NCBI GenBank assembly: GCA_964057225.1 | Contig: OZ059897.1 | Span: 13,144,001-13,208,000 of the forward strand | Direction of reading: 5' to 3' | DNA from: Auanema rhodensis | Taxonomy: Eukaryota; Animalia; Nematoda | DNA: 64,000 nucleotides | Shown here: positions 1 to 12,300 of the stretch, one piece after another | Position numbering within the stretch: the first letter of the stretch is position 1 | Layout of the letters: every line of letters starts with the position of its first letter | Notes under the pieces: model-generated | What the model was told of the DNA's origin: nothing | Database searches by the model: none | Seen by the model: only the letters and a program-made list of their open reading frames with translations | Program-made: the position numbers and the translations under genes

Positions 1-1031
1 TCCATATCCACTCCAATACCTAAATTATTTTTTATTTTTCTATTAAATTTTAATATTAATACCAAATTTTATTTATCCATAACCATGGCATTCTTTCATG
101 TAAAAATGCTAATTCATTTAATCTTTGTACAGCTAATACATATGGGTGATTATGTTGAGTTTGGGCTGAAACTGTAGTCCCCATTGCTGTTTCTGAAGAA
201 AAAACCAAAAATATATTTAGAACATGTCTTTAACATTTACCACAGATGATATCTAGTGCACATCTTTTAATATATGGAAAGATATCAAACATTTCATCCT
301 TATCAGCAAATCTTTCGACTTGTTCTACGAAAATCTATAAATACCATTTGATATTAGGATAAAATTAAAGAAAAAATACTTTTGATTGAAAGTCATGAAC
401 TACTAAGAAATCATTCAAAACTTGGAAATGAAATGATGGTGTTAATAGCTTTCTTCGTTTATACCATTTTTCACCTAAAGTCTTTATTATTTCTTCAATA
501 ACAAAGATGATATTATGTACCTTTTGATATAAGCAATCCATTACCCAACCATTGCTCCAAAATATTATACTCGGGTCCTTTAGAAATATGCACAGTACTT
601 TCCAATATAACCTGATAATAAAATTATTAGTTATTTATGTAATATTTCTCACTTGAATAACAGTTAGATAAATCGAAAACTGACTTTTGCTTCCTCAGGG
701 CGAATACAGAAAACAAGTGGACGAAACGAAAGCCAAAGTTTGATTAAACCATGGCCTTTAGATGAGTAATATATTCCCCAATCTCTCATTTGCAATGTTA
801 AATCTGAACTATTTACAGTCTAAAACCTTGATTAGAGAGAAAAAAATAAGAACCGATAGGATTGAATTTGAACTGCCATGTAGTTCCAACAATTGGTAGA
901 GCTAGAGGACCCGGTAGTTGATCCACAAGTTTAACCAACCTTATCCGATTACTGATTAATACAAATAATTGTTTCCAGAATAAAGCAATGAATGTTAAAA
1001 TGCAACATAATAAACAAAACGTTATTGACAT
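1..1031 (-). CDS. Cytochrome P450, CYP4 clan (cyp-29/31/32/37-like); 5' portion, runs off the window start
   Basis: N-terminal TM anchor followed by LPGPLALPIVG. Spliced exons give WLGNGLLISKG.KWYKRRKLLTPSFHF and CALDIICETAMG. A TTTCAG acceptor lies ~17 nt upstream of the ATG at 1031. Confidence 0.93.
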
Positions 1032-4000
1032 TTTCGTTAATTTTGTCTGAAATTTTTATAATTTTATATAAAATTTATTCGATGAAAAATAAATAACATG
1101 TATGACCAAAATTAAAAAAAAAACTACAATATGCAAGTTCAAGCATCCTGATACACATGTCATGTTTGGTTTTGATAACGAAAAATTATTTGACTAATCA
1201 GTTAATAACAAACAAAAGATCACGTTCTTTGTATTTATAAGTTTATCAGATTTGTAATCAAAGTTAATGACGATTTCATTTTACTTCATGAAACTTTGAT
1301 GAAATATTAAATAAATTAAATGAGATTCTTAAATAATTCTATCATAATCTATATAAATGAAAGAAAAACATTTTTTTAACAAAATGAAAAAAATAAAATT
1401 GGAGCTCTTTCTCGGATGTTACTAGCTTTATGACTTTAGAATAATTTATTTTCATTTACTGATATACATATGTATATGTAGATGAGATTAAACTAGACTA
1501 CTTTTAATTATTTATCAAACAAACACATTTTAATCAAAAATATACTAAAGATAAGAATATTTTATATATTTCTTTATTGAATAAATATATTTTAGATTAA
1601 TCTTCGAATTCTTTATAATGGTTCGATGAAAAGGAAAAGCAGAAATAAAAAACAAATGCATAATTAGATCAATAGGCTACAAATTAATTTTCATATATTT
1701 TTTATAAGTTAAATATAAGTAATTTATATTTCATTTTATTTTATTTTTACATTACTCATCACACAGTTATTTTTTGTTTCTGATATTGATTTTACTCCCA
1801 TACTATTCATGAATGTCCGAATAAGAAACTAGAATATTTGTTACTAAAGAGGATTCACCTCATTCAAAATGTCATTAATCTAACTTGAAATATGTTCAGG
1901 TTTATCTTTCCTCATGATTCTTTAATCAGATGGTTTTAACGATATTTCCGCTTCTATTTAATGCTTAATGCTTTGCAGTTTTCCTCGGCATTTTGTCTAA
2001 TTTAGTTGAAGAAAAGCTTCGATATCCCCAAAAAAGGCTTCAGCCATTAAACGACAATCCATATCGCATATAGCAGACATAAACTTTCAATGAGTCTTAG
2101 CGAGAAACAGCGAAACATACACTGCTCTTCAGGGCTATCATCTGACTGCCTCGCTTCAAATACATACAACACAAACCTTGTTTGATTTTTTTTCTTCATG
2201 AGTCTGCTTGCTCGTCCATTTGTTTATTTTACTGATAAAAGTTCAAAGTAACTATCAGCCTCTATTCAACTCATCAAGTACTCAAGTTCAATTTCATCAA
2301 AACGAGAGCAAAGTAGAAAACTTATATTTAAATTCGGAGTAATATGTACATACATCCATATATACATACATACATTAATATTTTCTCAATATTTCTTTAC
2401 CATATACCCTAAAAGTTTGTTTTGTTTGTTAATCTCTAAATCAAGCCAATGTTTCAAGTGGCTTTAAAACGAAATTAAGAGGTTTCCTTAACTTGGGAAC
2501 ATTTTTTACTACGATAGCCGTACACAATCTAATCTCTCAAAAAGAGCAAACGCCATCACGCATTACGTTAGACTTCTCTGAAAATTTGTTTCCAAAGAAG
2601 TGAATAGAAGAATAGATTAAATGGAAAAGAAGGAAAGAAATTTGAGAAAAAACTGAAAAACGAGTGAGAGATAGCAATCCTCAACACAACCATTCTCAAC
2701 CCTTTGCATGTATGAAATAATATTAGAAGCTATTTTGAAGAATTTATAACATCAATTAGTTGACGATTGTGTTTTCTCCTTTTACTCCCATCATGCTTCT
2801 AATCAAGTTGAACGAATATTAGTAATATAACTAAATCAAACGTTAACGCCTACTCACTTGCTTATCATTGCAATGTAAGAATAATTTCATCTAAAAATGC
2901 CAAACACATGCTTTATGACACATTGATGTCGGAAATATGTTATGATTCCTTTAGTATATAAGATAGTTGATTTCACAAATTGTATTTATTTAATTTTTTC
3001 ATATCTTTTTTCAGCTTTCCATCGTGAATTTGTATGAACTATTTGAGAGAAAACGAAATATTATTTGGAAGCTTAACTGTCTTTCACTCGCACTGTTTCT
3101 GTTCTTAATCTATCTAACCGTTTCCTAGCTTTTTATAAAGTAGGGTTTCTATGTCCTTCTTCATCTGAATCACCCGTTGCGACGGCTTTTTTGCTCATAC
3201 GCATAGACTCGGAAGTTTTTTCTGGGCTTCTGATCGCGTCTCATCTCGTGTGCGGACACTTTTTTGCTGAGCCAGCTGGTGGAATGCGAGTTCCAACGCC
3301 TGGCAACCGGGCAGCTGTCCCTATCCTCCGATTCTCCTTTCAATCGACGTCGCACCCACCGGAATTGGTTAGATCCCAGATTCCAGAAAGAGAGAATCTT
3401 CCGAGAATGCCAATGCTATTAGAACTGCCGAGGAAGCCAGAACTAATCATCTGATATTTTTTGTTTCTGCTACTCTATGCTCTATTCAATGGCTATTCAT
3501 ATATTTTATTCTTTATTCTTCTCGTATGTTTCTATCTATCCTCATTGTTGTCGACACTAGTTAGTGTATTGCTCGCATACACACATGCATATCAGGTTCT
3601 ATGAGGTTTACGCTTTAAAGCTTATGTTCTACGAACACTATCCATCAAATAAACAATCACTTTAATATATTTAATTTAACGTTATCTATTAAATTTAGTT
3701 TTATAATCGTAGATTTAATTCTTTTAGCAGTCAAATGGATTTAAGCGCTGTTCTTGATTAACTACGTATTTTCTCTATAAATGCCATTTGAAACAAAACT
3801 GATAACGATTACCTCTGAGAATAGTTTTAAGTTTATCAACTCGAAGATTTCGTTTTCGAATTACTCGTCTTATTTTCTGAAAAAAAACCTTTTGTTGAAG
3901 AATATAATACAGATAGAAAGACTAGACAACACAGTTCATCTCAATTAAATTAAGTCGTCACCTGATTGTAACTCGGATCGTTGATCACTTTTTCTTATAT

Positions 4001-4631
4001 TTTTTACTTTCAACATACTTTGAAAACATATTAAGATCTCATTTATGTCTTTCTTAATATTTCTTATGTGCTTAAATCATTCAATAACTTTAATAAGCCC
4101 CCATTTAAAATCATTTTCTTCGTTATAGCGCATATTAGTTCCATTAAATTTTTTTTCATCTTCTAGGTTACAATTTATCAATATAATACACGATTGCTAA
4201 TATATATATATACATTATGAATGCTCATATGTTAGTTGTATTCTATCAATCACGGATATCCTGGTTAATTCCTGCATATTCCTTAAATAACTTCCTTAGA
4301 AGCCTATCAATATTATTTGTTTTATATGCTTTATAAAAATTTTATTTGTTTCAGAAAGCATTGTTCTGTCTTGTTATTGACTAAACTTGTGCAGTCAATG
4401 TTTAATTTTATACACACCCTACTCTACTAATTATGAAATCAAAACCCAGGCCCATTCAGCCAACATTCTTCTACATAAACTTTATTTTTCATTTCATACA
4501 CTACATATTTTTATAATCTCTAAACTGATGTAGATTTTTTTTTGATAAAAATAATTGATGTTATAGTAATGTTTTTAGATAAACACTTTTTATACTATCA
4601 TACCTCAAAGTTGGTCAAAAAGTTTGTCTGT

Positions 4632-5634
4632 ATGTCGCTTAGTGTGAACCGCTTAACTCTGTGGCTCCGTTGTGGAGTTGATGGAGTTCGTGCTTGTGGT
4701 GATCCTTCTTCACAATATTTATTCATGCTTCTCTTACTAAAAGCACAACATGATCCACGGCTCAAGTTTGATGTCCGAACGCTCAACGAATCTAAGCCGC
4801 CTCCAGAGTTTCGTGAAGTAAGTGAGGTGTCTTTATATAACAAAACATACAAATTTATATTTTTTATTTTGAAAGTTATTATTTTTTGACATTTGCCACA
4901 TCTTCAAAGTTTGATTAGAAGATTTAGATTGTATATTGATAATTTTTTCACAGGCGGGTGTCAGGCGAGCGCCTGCATTGCAAGTATCGGAAGAATCAGC
5001 ATTTTCCCACGAAGATGATATTTTGGAAGAATTAGAAAATTATGAACCAAAAAAACAGACGACAGAAGAAGCAGAGAGTGCTGAAAATGCAATGGTCAAC
5101 CTTTTCAGAAATTTCGCATTTTATATCAAGGATGTGAATAAAGATTCAAAAGTAAGTAAAAGTGAAAGTTAATCATAAGAAATTTAAATTTAAGGGATTG
5201 ACAACTGAACTATACCGCTTGGATGAATATTTAGCATCCACTGGACACAAGTTTTTGTGCGGAGATGAACCATCACCTTTAGACTGCTTACTTCTCCCTC
5301 GTTTACACTCTATTAGAATCGCTGCAAAGGTAAGAAGCCTAGTATTTTTCGTTTAATATTTGTTTTATAACAATGTAGACTCTGAAAAATTATGATATCC
5401 CAAGCGATTTGACTCATGTTAAGAGATATATCAATAATGGATATAACTTAGAAATGTTTAGAACAAGTTGCCCATGTGATCAAGTAAGACATACATTTCA
5501 TACTAAAACCTCACTCTCGCATTATTTAGGAAATTATATTGCATTGGATTGACAGACCGGGAACAACTCCTATAACTTCAACCAGAAGATCTCAAATATC
5601 TCGACAAAACCCTACATATTCTCTATTGATTTAA
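4632..5634 (+). CDS. exl-1: CLIC/EXC-4-like chloride intracellular channel protein EXL-1 (5 exons)
   Basis: LTLWLRCG...CGDPSSQYLFM...HDPRLKFDV, GVRRAPAL, TELYRLDEYL...DCLLLPRLHSIRIAAK, EMFRTSCPCDQEIILHW match C. elegans EXL-1 motifs. Stop TAA at 5632-5634. Confidence 0.92.
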
Positions 5635-6350
5635 TACAAAATTATGTTTTACAACCGAAAATATAAAGATTTATTAAATAAGTCGATTTTTACTTCCACT
5701 TCCAATAATTTTAACAATCAAACGAAGAGGAATCCACGCATTATGCGTGACACTTCTGTGAAGAATAATCAAGCAATTTTCAAATTTTTAAAATTATTTG
5801 GCAAAATAGTGATGACCACATTTTTGAAAAGGCCTCTTCTGAATGAAATGATAATGTATATAAGGGAGAAGCGAAAGGCATAAAACTATACGTATTTCCA
5901 TTATTTGCAGAGGAGATCTGAGCCAGAAATTTACAGAGAAGAAGGAGGTAGGTGTAATAATAATGACTAACAAATTTTAAAAGAAATAATAAAATTATCA
6001 AGTTGTACAATATCAACAGAAGTTAGAAACTAAAACATGACAAAAAGTCCTGAGGTGCAAGATTATTCGGGTAACACAAGAATTACCGTACAAATTATTA
6101 ACAGAATTGAATAATTACAAAAAAAATTAGAAGATTATTATTACTTCAGACAATTGCGCATGTGCTCCTTGTCGAAAGCTATTTCAGAAAACGAGAGCAA
6201 AAGCGAAATTAGAAGTCAAAAAAAATTTTTTTTGACTTTTAACTTAAAACACTTTTTTAAATATAATTTTGAATTTGGTTTATGGTAATTTTTAATTTTA
6301 AAATTTTTATTGAAATTTCAATGAGGATGGCCAGAAACTTTTGCGCACAC

Positions 6351-9300
6351 CTAATATATAAATTGCTCATACATTGCTGGATCTACCATAACATCCATTA
6401 GTTGATCTGTATCAATATCCAGGGAACTATCAATAGTTCGACTTTCTGATGGCTAAAATGAAAATATTACAAATAGAAGAACTACGGTTGGCATACTTTT
6501 CTTCTATCTTGAGTTCTTCTAGATTCGATTTCGTTATGAACATCGGCGACTTGAGTTTCAAAGATTTTTTCTAATGTTTCAGCGCATATATTAATTGTGC
6601 CTTCCTAAAATTTGCAAAATAGATATAACACTAGATTGATAATAGACCTTGAAAAACGATTTTGCATTTTGAAGCATTAACCGAACATCGTCAGCAAATT
6701 CATTTAAGGTGTGATATTCCAAGTTTTCTAGTTGTTTTTGTATGATAGATAGATCTGAAACAACAATGCTTACTACAATACTTCAACAAGAAATAGTTCT
6801 ACCTATAGGTTTCAGTATGGTTTTCCTATAATCAGGATACTCTTCTTCGTCAATAGGCTTTTGGAATGGCCAAGACATTCGATGTTCGCACAATTGGTCA
6901 AATAATTTCCAAACAACAGGGTAATCCGAACGACTATAACACACATCTTTGAAAAATTAATTCAAATTAAATAATACCTTAATGGAACCCGATTATTGCT
7001 ATCACTATCTGCAGATTCATATCCATCTTCTTGACGAGTTACCGATTCTGGCTTATTATCTCTAGCTTGACTACAATCAGGGCACATATATTCAGATATT
7101 TTTTCGACAAACCTAAATAGTAACGTTGAAATACACATTTCAGAAATAAAGCACTTACTCTCTTGTAATACCAACACAAGCAGGATGAAACCATCCTTGA
7201 CATCCATCACATCCAACATAGAATTCCGAATCGTTGTATTCGGTACGACATTTACAATATAAAGGAACAGGTTTCGGCTGAATACAGTGAGGGCATGTCC
7301 AAGAAGAAAGACCATCGCATTCTTCCTCTGAGATCCCAACACATTTTCCATGGTACCATAGATTACAGCTACTACATGCAAGATAGAACCTAAGAATATA
7401 AGTTTGAATTCAAAAAGAATATATTTATAAATTGCCTGAATGGATTGTAGCGTTTTTGACAGATGCAATGAGGAAGATTAATGTCTAATCCGGCAGGCGG
7501 TGGTCTGCGTAGCTTCTTACGTCCTCCACCATCAGAATCATCGGAACCCTGAAATTTAACAAAAACATAGAATATTATAAAATGAATGTGTTACCATATC
7601 ATAAGAATCAAACGGTTTCTTAGGTGGTCTTCCACGTCTTCTCGGTGAAGCAACAACGCTTTGGGACTCTTCCGTAGAACTGCATTCTTCTTTAAGTTTT
7701 CTAAGTTTATCAGCTTTCCTCGGACTTTTTTGAGGTTGTGGAGACCATCTACTAGCTTAAAAAAAATTTTACTTTCAATATAAAACGGCTTCCATTACAA
7801 TTACTAGATCTTCTTTCATTTCTACGTTGCGGTGATTGAACTTCAATGAGATTTTCAATATCTACGTCCTGCAAATAATGCTATAACAAATTAGCATAGT
7901 AATATTACTCACATCTATAGCATCATCTTTCTTGGCATCCCCTGGCTCGTTCCATTTCACGGCGTCACCACCAAGACTAATCTCAGCAGGGTTAACAACT
8001 TGGCGAGGAGCCTCTTGCTCTGGTGACTGTTGACGCTTGACAACTGTAAAAAATATATGCAATAACTGAAAAAGAAAACAAAAAAAAAGTTGTTCAGAAT
8101 GTATTAGCTAGACAATACGGACCATTCAATATAATGCCCATATCTTGCTCTTCGCACTTATCAATGGTAATTAAATCATCTGGAAACATTGCCTTTCCGC
8201 AATCTAATAGATGTCCAAAAGCTCTCCAATCTTCTTCTTCAGAAGCAAATTTCGGTATTTCATCGAGAAAGTCGACGAGAGAAGGGCAAGCAGATAATGA
8301 GCCAACTCGATCACTACAGGTGGAAGATTGGTATTCACCAATCGCGATAGTCATGGCTTAGTCTTTTTGAATAATAGAAGATTAGGCTCATAAAGTGAAT
8401 AACGCAACGTTGAGATCGGAATTTAAATAGGGAGACAGAGATTCAGAGATCACGAGAAAACGGACAACAAATCATACGACAGGCTAATGAGGAGAAACAA
8501 GGAAGAGACGCTATAATGAATTTCTTTCTAGAAAGACCTGTACGCGCCGACTCATCCTTCTGATGCGACTCCCAATTAGAACGATGAAAAGACCAGGACT
8601 GATGAGAATAAAAGATCTCATATCTATCCGTTTTCAATAGACTTAAGGCAAATTGTGTCTCAATCTCCATTTCTTCCACAATGTGTCGCCAATCAACAGA
8701 AAACCTCACGCTATCTGCTGTAGGAGTTCTATTTCTCTCAGCTTGTTGTTCAAATTCAAGTGACCACGAGAATGATGTCATAAACACGACAGAATTGTTC
8801 AAACAGAAGCATAAGAAACAGAATAATCACGTACCATTCTCGCAAGATATACAACATAAATCATAAATAATAATAATACTAATGAAACAGGATGAAAATA
8901 ATCAAAAATTGTACCTTTCTGTCCGCGTCCTTTAGATTTCCTCCAAGGTGTCAACAAACCGCATTCTTCCTCGGCCTGATTTTCCAGAGCTGTCCTGAAA
9001 AGCACAAAATTTGTGATATATTTTTAAAAAATGCCTACCTCCGCTTGTTGATTTCCTTTCTCAGGCGATCAACATGTTGCGCAAGCATTACCTCCCGTTG
9101 ATTAGAGAACATTCGCCTACTTCTTGAAATATAAAAATCTTTATTCATTTGATTGCCTATCCTACCGTATTTTATCAAGCTCAAACCTATTTCGAGGTCT
9201 TTTTAAGTGAGATTTATACCACCCATGTTGCTTATCCCATCGACAAACTTGTGTAATAATGGTGTCAAGCATCTAAGACAGATAGTATATTATGTCTTAC

Positions 9301-12300
9301 AGGTTAATAAAAAATGTTTCAAATTTTAACACAAACCTGTTTTATAGACTTTTGTTCTGGAGTATCATCCTTAGTAGGCATTAAATTAGATGAATAAGTT
9401 AAAGGTTGCTTGCTCAATTGTGAAAATAGATTTGTACCGACTTGCCCATATTGATTAATAATACGAGCTTAAAAAATATCGTTGAAAAATATTGTAAACC
9501 AAAATTCATACGATGTTGCCAATGATGCTCATTCCGTGTCTGCCCTCGCTTACTCTCCTCTTCTTGGCGCATTAGTTCCTCCTCTCTTCAAAGAATTACG
9601 TTCACCCCTTTTTTTTAAAAAAATTACCTGGCAATGGCTTCAGCAATAGCTCTCTCTTCATCTTCATTGGATTCAAATTCAAAACGGTATGGACGAGAAG
9701 GAAGTCTACACATGCCACATAAATGTTATCATTGGTATATTTAGTAACCTCATATTATCCACAATCCCCCGTTTCATACAAAACTCCTTATAGCTCGTAA
9801 TTCTCCGATTAGCAATATGAATAGATCCTCGATAGCCATTCTAAAACAAACCATACATAACAACGATAAAACAATGAAGACAGCGTAATGATTCAGAAAT
9901 ACGGCACCAGAAGAAGAATTGTGGTGCGGTAGCAAAAAAATTTCGATTTCCGCCTGAAGCTCTCAATCGAAGACAGATTCTACAGAAACGCTTCTCTTTA
10001 TTTCACCCACACGTATCACACAATATGTCGCAAATCGTGTGAGGTCACGAACAAGATTAGAATTCAAAATTTTTATCAGCATAAAACGCTACACAATTAT
10101 TTATATGCACACTAATAAACATAAAAAAGAAAGTAAAAACAAATTATACTCGTCATTTAGAATAAGACAACATTAGTTGGACGTCAAAGTGAAAAGTAGA
10201 AATCTGAGAAATCAAAACCTCACACGATCAACGAATATTATGAGAGCACGAGATGACTTAATAAAGAGTAAAGCGAACAAATAGAAATCTCAAAAAACTC
10301 GCGCTTTGCCGGTTGGGGACAGACAGAAGCGAGTATAGCTATTGCTCCATGGTAGGGTGGAAATCACCAATAAAATCACCATCAACCACAAATTCTTCTC
10401 CATAGCCAACAATATCTTCATCATGAGCTGTACTTGAACTCTGAAAAGAGCAGTGTGCTATGAATAATACTGGGCATTGCTTACCGCCTGCATCACTTGA
10501 CTGACGGGAACGCCTGAGCTGTTTCTAGATATGATTCTTTGAACAGGTCGCCCATAGCCATATGCTTGTGCTACTCTAGCCGGAGGCCTACCAGGTGGTC
10601 TTATTCCCTGCTCGGCCATTTGGGTATATTCCTTAATTTATTGTCTTAGTCAGGAACCCGTTATAGAACCTTACATCAACAGATGGGTTATCACCATAAT
10701 AAACCTGATCAGTACGAATAGGAACAGGCCTACTAGGTCGTCGAACCAATTGAACATTAGGTTGTCCTGACATTACTCCAGGATTTCCAGTAGCTAGCTT
10801 ATCTACAGGAACCCTTTTGACAAAAGATTCATCACTAGGTTCAACACGAGAAACAACTCGTGACTGAGTTGAGGCAACAACTTGCTGCCCATTTTGACCA
10901 ATTCTCAAAACTTTGGCTGCTCCATCTACAGGACGCACCATTGCAGTTCTGATTGGCCGTGCCGTAGTTATAATACGCCTCTGAACAGAGCCAGCCCCTC
11001 CCATAACGGTTTGATCAGATGATGTTGAACTAAATAATAAAATATACCCAAACAAAAAAAAACAATCTCATACGGATTAGATTGATTTACAACAGCGCGA
11101 ATAACAGTACTGCTGGAGCTTGGAGTAGTTTCTCCGTCTTTTGCATTAACAGGGCGTAAAAACTGAGTTGACCCGTCTGATCTTCTAATCATCAACACCT
11201 TGCCATTTTGAGTTTGCCTCTGAAAATATAATAACTTTCGAGCAACAGAAAAATGGGCAATACCTGTACAGGTGGCTGCGAATAAACAACTTGGCGTGGT
11301 TGCGGACGTGTTACTAAAGGAGACCCATATCCACTTCCAGGACTATCGAAACGTTCGATATTTGGAGGAGCATCAACACCACCAGCAGCACGAACAACTC
11401 TAGTCTGATTTGGAGTTTGGCCTGAACTAGCCACGACTTCTTCCGCACCAAGTTGCGAAGGTATACCACTCGAAATGGCTACCCTCCTCATGCCGTCCCC
11501 AACCGGCTGTAAATCAATGATTAATTGAAAAATAGACTTTCGTTTAAAAAAAAAGCTGAACGTTTAAACATCAGGTTTATGAAGATTAAATAGAAAAAAT
11601 TTTAGTTGGCGCGCTAACGTTTAACAGCGTCCTCGACACGTGATCGAAAGAAAAACGCGGCAGGTCGCGACGCGGTCAAAATTGCAAGAAGAGCAGATTA
11701 ATGTGAACGGAGCGCAATTAGTTTATCTAATCGTATATAATCTTATAAAATCTTAATCTAATCAAAGAATCAAATCTAAATTACCTGTGGACCTAATCTC
11801 CCACCACCTCTTATCATTCCACCGCTATATTCATAACCGTGAGATGTTCTTCTATTTGGACTAGCAGGAGACTCTTGTGATGTAAATACAATCCGAGCAC
11901 GTTTGGCAACTGAAGATTCGGTTGATTAAAAAAATATATTCAATTTTAACCTGATGGCTTAACATGATCATCAAAGTCTTGAAACTCAACGTCATCATAA
12001 GCATAATCCTAAAAAAATAATAAAATTTTTAAACATAAACTTCTATACCGTATTTCGTGTAGGAACAATGGGACGCTTTCGTCTTTCCATCTGAAGCTGC
12101 GCTAACGGTAACCTCGAGCTATGTTGTACATTCAAGGAGGTGTCTAAAAATAAATAATAAGTGAAATATTGTTTTAAAACGTACATCTCTGATGTTGTGA
12201 AATAGGTATTACTGCTCTGGGCACACTGTGATATCTTTCCACAACTGGAACAGAAGGAGGAAGTTTTTCCCAGGAAAAAATTGGCTTCGAAAGCTGCTCT

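Noticed and set aside
3130-3450. Minus-strand frame with two in-frame TGA codons (..GGCDVD*KENRR..HTR*DAIR..) as a selenoprotein, readthrough or antizyme-like gene
   Set aside because: No SECIS or antizyme shift-site context, and no recognisable domain. It is most simply the antisense of an open + frame.
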